Assembly (NCBI GenBank): GCA_963770895.1
Contig: CAVYRF010000001.1
Location: 352,001-416,000 of the forward strand
DNA: 64,000 nt
Direction: 5' to 3'
Source of the DNA: an uncultured Acidobacteriota bacterium
GTDB taxonomy: Bacteria > Acidobacteriota > Thermoanaerobaculia > Multivoradales > UBA5704
Both the position numbers and the translations under genes were made by a program. This document shows positions 60,263 to 64,000 of this stretch, piece after piece. Positions within the stretch are counted from its first letter, which is position 1. Every line of letters starts with the position of its first letter. The notes beneath the pieces are model-generated. The model had not been told where the DNA came from. It searched no databases and was given only the letters and a program-made list of their open reading frames with translations.

Positions 60263-61273
60263 TCAGCACGAGTAGACGAGCCGGGCGATCACGGCATCCC
60301 AGGCGCGGCTCACGGCCAGCAGGTGCGCGGGCTGCTGCTCGGCGGGGGTGATGCCGCTGCGCACGTGGTCGACCAACCGATGCAGCGCAACGCGATTGGC
60401 CTGGTCGCGCTGCCACCAGAAAAACGCCCCCACGGTCGGCGGGGGGGATGCCGGTGCCAGGTCCGTCCAGGCAGGCAAGGCATTCACGCCGGCGCTGGCC
60501 GCTCCCGTGGCGATGGCGCCTCCCAGCGCTGCGATGGCAGGGATCCAGAGGACCGGACCGCTGGCCTCGCCCAGGAAGAGTGTCCCTTCTTCGAAGGTCG
60601 CCGTGACGCGATGGCTCACCCAGGCGCCGGAGCCGTCGTCGTCGGCCGTATCGAGGCGCAGGCACTGCAACGTGATGGCCACGCCGGCGACAGAGCCGTC
60701 GATGGACAGCAGCGGCATGTCTGACGGCGCGGCGGCGTCCGTCGCGGCGCCATGCAACCGCAGCGCCGCGAGCCCGCCCAGTGCCCGGGCGATCAGGTCG
60801 AGGCCCGAGTAGAGAGCGCGCGAATTGGTGGCCAGCGACAGGTGGCGGAGGCGCGTGCGCTGGCGCAGGGCGGCACAATGGGCGAGGAACCGCTGCGGCA
60901 GCTCGCAGTCCCCGTAGTGGGAGTTGACGTGCAGGACGAGGCGCCGGCCGACCGCCTCACCGAGGAGCGCCGCGAGCGCCGCCTCGGTCAGCGGGTGCTC
61001 GATCAGCACGTGGGCGCCGCGGCGGAGGAAGCCCAGGGCCAGGTCGCAGCCGGCTTGGCCGCTCACCGCGACGCAGGCCAGATCGACGCTGCCCGCCGGC
61101 ACCTGCCGCGGCTCCCGATAGAGCGGCACACCGAGCTGGGAGGCCAGGTGCCGCGACCGCTCCGAGCCGCGGGCGAGCAGGCCGACGAGCCGCAGCCCGT
61201 CCGGGTGCGGCCAGGGGCTGAGGGCGCGCAGGTAGGCCGAGCCGTACAGCGTGCCGCAGAGGAGGACCCGCAT
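60263..61273 (-). CDS. PchG/Irp3-like thiazolinyl imine reductase (Gfo/Idh/MocA fold)
   Basis: VLLCGT.YG..Y, GLLARGSERS..LA..LGVPLY, DLACVAV, HVLIEHPL, VNSHY and GPVLWIP match the PchG/Irp3 pattern. Confidence 0.8.
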   Translation of the reverse strand: MRVLLCGTLYGSAYLRALSPWPHPDGLRLVGLLARGSERSRHLASQLGVPLYREPRQVPAGSVDLACVAVSGQAGCDLALGFLRRGAHVLIEHPLTEAALAALLGEAVGRRLVLHVNSHYGDCELPQRFLAHCAALRQRTRLRHLSLATNSRALYSGLDLIARALGGLAALRLHGAATDAAAPSDMPLLSIDGSVAGVAITLQCLRLDTADDDGSGAWVSHRVTATFEEGTLFLGEASGPVLWIPAIAALGGAIATGAASAGVNALPAWTDLAPASPPPTVGAFFWWQRDQANRVALHRLVDHVRSGITPAEQQPAHLLAVSRAWDAVIARLVYSC

Positions 61274-61296
61274 GGCGCTCTCGGTGGCGGTGCCGC

Positions 61297-62067
61297 TCAG
61301 GCCGGCAGGCCGGCACACGCCAGGTAGACCGCGTCCTCCTCGCCCGCCGGCAGGTCGAGGAGCCGGTTGACCTCCTGGTCCAGGAAGCCGCCGATCACCA
61401 CTGCCGCCAGGTCCATGGCGGTCGCGACCAGGCAGAGGTTCTGGCCGACGTGGCCGGCCTCGAGCCAGACGTAGCGGTAACCACGCTGGCCGTATTTCCA
61501 GGTGGTGCGCGCAAAGATCGCGGTCAGGCAGACAAACAGGTTGGCGTCGCGCAGCAGATCCTGCCCCAGCGCCAGGTTGGCAAGCTCGGCGTGCAGCGCG
61601 CCGCGCCGGCGCAGTGCGAGCTGGTGCGTCCAGGGGTCGTAATGGTAGAGCCCGTCGGCGAGCCCCTCCACGCGCTGCGCGGCGACGTAGAGCTCCAGCG
61701 GGTGCAGGGCGCCGGCCGAAGGGAACGGGCGGTCGTCCGCCACCGCGCCCTCGACCTGCAACATGCCCTTGACCCCGAATGCGGCGTGCAGCAGGCGACC
61801 CAGGGTCGCGAGCGGCAGCTCTCCCTGCCGGAAGTCGCGCCGCGAGCGCCGGCCGGCCAGGGTCTCGCCGAGCGGCCGCGGGAGAGCGAAGTCGCGGCCG
61901 GAAAGCTGCACGCGCTCGGCACCCAGGTAGAGGCGCCGCTGCCCAGGGCGATCCTGCCCGGCTGCGAGATCCGGCAGCTTGGCGCGGCTGTTCGAGGAGT
62001 TGAGGTGGTAGAGGCGGGCGAGATCCACTTCGCGGGTGCTGGGCATCGTCGCGTCCCTTCGGGGCAT
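61297..62067 (-). CDS. SagB/ThcOx-family azoline dehydrogenase
   Basis: RRSRRDF, RPFPSAGALHPLELY, GLYHYDP and KYGQRGYRYVWLEAGHVGQN. Start is 62067 (TGATG coupling) or 62046. Confidence 0.9.
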   Translation of the reverse strand: MPRRDATMPSTREVDLARLYHLNSSNSRAKLPDLAAGQDRPGQRRLYLGAERVQLSGRDFALPRPLGETLAGRRSRRDFRQGELPLATLGRLLHAAFGVKGMLQVEGAVADDRPFPSAGALHPLELYVAAQRVEGLADGLYHYDPWTHQLALRRRGALHAELANLALGQDLLRDANLFVCLTAIFARTTWKYGQRGYRYVWLEAGHVGQNLCLVATAMDLAAVVIGGFLDQEVNRLLDLPAGEEDAVYLACAGLPA

Positions 62068-64000
62068 CAGGCGAGGGGGTGCGGCTGGGGATTGACGCCG
62101 CGCGGGCCGAGCAGCGCCGCGAGGCGCGGGTTGGCCAGCCGCCGCAGGCGCTCGCCGAAGTGGATCGGCTGCACGTCGGTGCCTAGCGCCCGGGCGACCC
62201 GGAAGGGACTCAGCGCCACGTCCGGCGAGGTGACGTCGACGATCGCCACCCGCACCCCCGCCGCTGCCAGCCTCTCCGCGCAACCCGCCAGGGTCGGCGC
62301 GGCGGCGACCGGCAGGTCGGCCAGACGCAGCGGCTCGCCGCCGCCCACGCGCAACGTGTCGAGCAGCGGCAGGCGCTCGACAGGCGCGTAGTAGAGGGCA
62401 TGATCGTCGAGGCTCTGCACCTGGTCCGGCGAGGCGGGCGCGCGCTGGCCGCTGCGCATCAGCCCGGCGATGTAGGGGCCGACGTGCGCCAGTTCGAGCA
62501 GCGCCTTGCGCGCCGCCACCTGAGGGTCGACGTGGGTGGCCAGTGCCACCGCTGCGGCGGGCCAGCGCTCGCCGTCGCCCAGGCCCAGGCTCGCCACGGT
62601 CGGGATCCCCAGCCCGACGTCCAGGAGGTAGAGCTCCACGGCGACGCCGCGTTCGCCGAGCAGGCGCACGACCTCGGCCGCCGCCCCTTCGAATCCGCCG
62701 TCGTCGAAGCGCAGCGCGCGCCCGGGCAGCTGGCACAGCCAGCTCAGCATGAAGGCGTCCCGCTCCACCAGCTCGAAGAGAGCCCGCACTGCCGCGTCCT
62801 CGAGATCGCCGCCCGCCGCCAGGCCGTTGGAGGAGACCTGGCAGAAGAGCTCCTCGCGCGGCACCGCGAAGTTGAAGTAGGCCGTCAGCGCCGGCAGCCA
62901 GACCGCTTCCCGGTTGTCGATCCAGAAACCGCGCACCCAATGCTGGGGTCGGTCGGGGTCGAAGCGCGCGAACGGGAAGTCGGGTTCCTCGTAACGGCTC
63001 TCCTCGTAGAGGCAGAGCCGGCGGGGGTCGAGGGCCAGGTCGCCCAGCTCGTTGAACGACGCCACTTTCAGGTCCTGCTTGCGGTAGCGGGACGCCGAAT
63101 AGCGCTCGATCGCCTCGCCTGCCGCGCTCAACATCGCCTCGACCTCGGTGAGCCCCTTGCCCGAGCCGACCGGCGGGTCCGGGATGCCGCGCACCCGCCC
63201 ACCCTCCGTGTAGGCCGCGAGGATCGCCGTTGCCGTCCGCGGCAGCTCCGGCAAGGAGGGATCGGCCGGGTGCGCCTGGCCACAGGCCAGGGCGCGCAGG
63301 ACACCGGTGCGTGGATCGACCCATCCTGCGAGGAGCGCCTGCAGCTCCGCGACGCTCTGCACGCGCGCCAGGCTGCCCGAGGGGCCGGGCTGGCCCGGCC
63401 GGCCATCCTGGCCCGCCGCTGCCGGCGGTGCGACGGCGCCCCCCGGATTGCGGGAATCCTGCGCAGCCCCGCCGCAAACGTGGCACCAGGGCATCCTGAC
63501 CACCCCGTGGTGCGTGACGTCGGTTGTGATCAGGTTGTGGACGATGACGCGCCCTTGCAGGTGCGAGTGGGTGAAGGTGGTGAGCAGCTTCAGCGCTTCG
63601 ATGGCCATCAGCTGGCCGGCCACCGGCGCCATGGGCGCCAGGTAGCTGCGCGCGCGGCGCGCGGCCGGCGCTGCCACCAGCGACGCGTCGACCTCGTGCG
63701 CGACGAGAGGATGGTCGGCGGCGCCCAGGCGGCGCAGGCGGAAGCAATTCCAGCAGGCGGTCTGGCCGGGTACGACGGCCGGCCCGATCCAGGCTTCGAA
63801 GCCTTCGAGATGGCCGTACAACGAGCGCACGCCGACGCGGTGAGCGTACTCGGCCGCTTGCTGCAACCAGAACAGATCGTCGGCGGTGAGGCCGGTGACG
63901 ATCAGGTCCCAGGCGCCACCGGCCGGGCCGGGAGCGGCGGCAGGGCCGTCCCCGCGCAGGCATTCCAGGCTTTCCGCGCTCACCGCGCACCGGGGTGCGA
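62067..64000 (-). CDS. Fused TOMM cyclodehydratase (E1-like C domain + YcaO), 5' end outside window
   Basis: IGP.V.PGQTACWNC and PWCHVC in the C domain. GSGKG, GEAIERYS, SSNGLAAG and ELVERDA in YcaO. C-terminal PQPHPLA is the Pro-rich tail typical of azoline-forming YcaOs. Confidence 0.93.
   Translation of the reverse strand, partial: APRCAVSAESLECLRGDGPAAAPGPAGGAWDLIVTGLTADDLFWLQQAAEYAHRVGVRSLYGHLEGFEAWIGPAVVPGQTACWNCFRLRRLGAADHPLVAHEVDASLVAAPAARRARSYLAPMAPVAGQLMAIEALKLLTTFTHSHLQGRVIVHNLITTDVTHHGVVRMPWCHVCGGAAQDSRNPGGAVAPPAAAGQDGRPGQPGPSGSLARVQSVAELQALLAGWVDPRTGVLRALACGQAHPADPSLPELPRTATAILAAYTEGGRVRGIPDPPVGSGKGLTEVEAMLSAAGEAIERYSASRYRKQDLKVASFNELGDLALDPRRLCLYEESRYEEPDFPFARFDPDRPQHWVRGFWIDNREAVWLPALTAYFNFAVPREELFCQVSSNGLAAGGDLEDAAVRALFELVERDAFMLSWLCQLPGRALRFDDGGFEGAAAEVVRLLGERGVAVELYLLDVGLGIPTVASLGLGDGERWPAAAVALATHVDPQVAARKALLELAHVGPYIAGLMRSGQRAPASPDQVQSLDDHALYYAPVERLPLLDTLRVGGGEPLRLADLPVAAAPTLAGCAERLAAAGVRVAIVDVTSPDVALSPFRVARALGTDVQPIHFGERLRRLANPRLAALLGPRGVNPQPHPLA

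Noticed and set aside
62068-63990. Apparent 897-aa SagB fusion
   Set aside because: The upstream part is an Arg/Gly-rich off-frame reading of YcaO. SagB starts at 62067 or 62046.

Overview
High-GC bacterial window, probably Acidobacteriota (Thermoanaerobaculia-like). This is inferred from an ADOP-type permease and the C-terminal domains of two secreted proteins. Housekeeping genes (cbpA/dnaJ-clpB, ferredoxin, thiO, hemL, hemB, pdxJ) alternate with accessory blocks. These are a LodA/GoxA-LodB quinoprotein oxidase operon (5' end outside the window), a Septu-like ATPase+HNH pair, an AraC-adjacent envelope operon ending in a double-peptidase fusion, a type I R-M operon with an embedded Abi_C gene, a 2.2-kaa surface protein, and a nucleotidyltransferase pair. 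Two RiPP loci stand out. (1) At the right edge, a YcaO cyclodehydratase and SagB dehydrogenase are followed by a PchG/Irp3-type thiazoline reductase, which may make thiazolidine-containing ribosomal peptides. (2) An ATP-grasp ligase has an unannotated 48-aa precursor (28630-28776), and the ligase 5' end is broken at a CTAG duplication. A HAIR-like (HspR) operator directly follows a sigma70-like promoter upstream of cbpA-clpB. No rRNA, tRNA, CRISPR array, integrase or transposase was recognised. All family calls come from reading motifs by eye, not from database searches.
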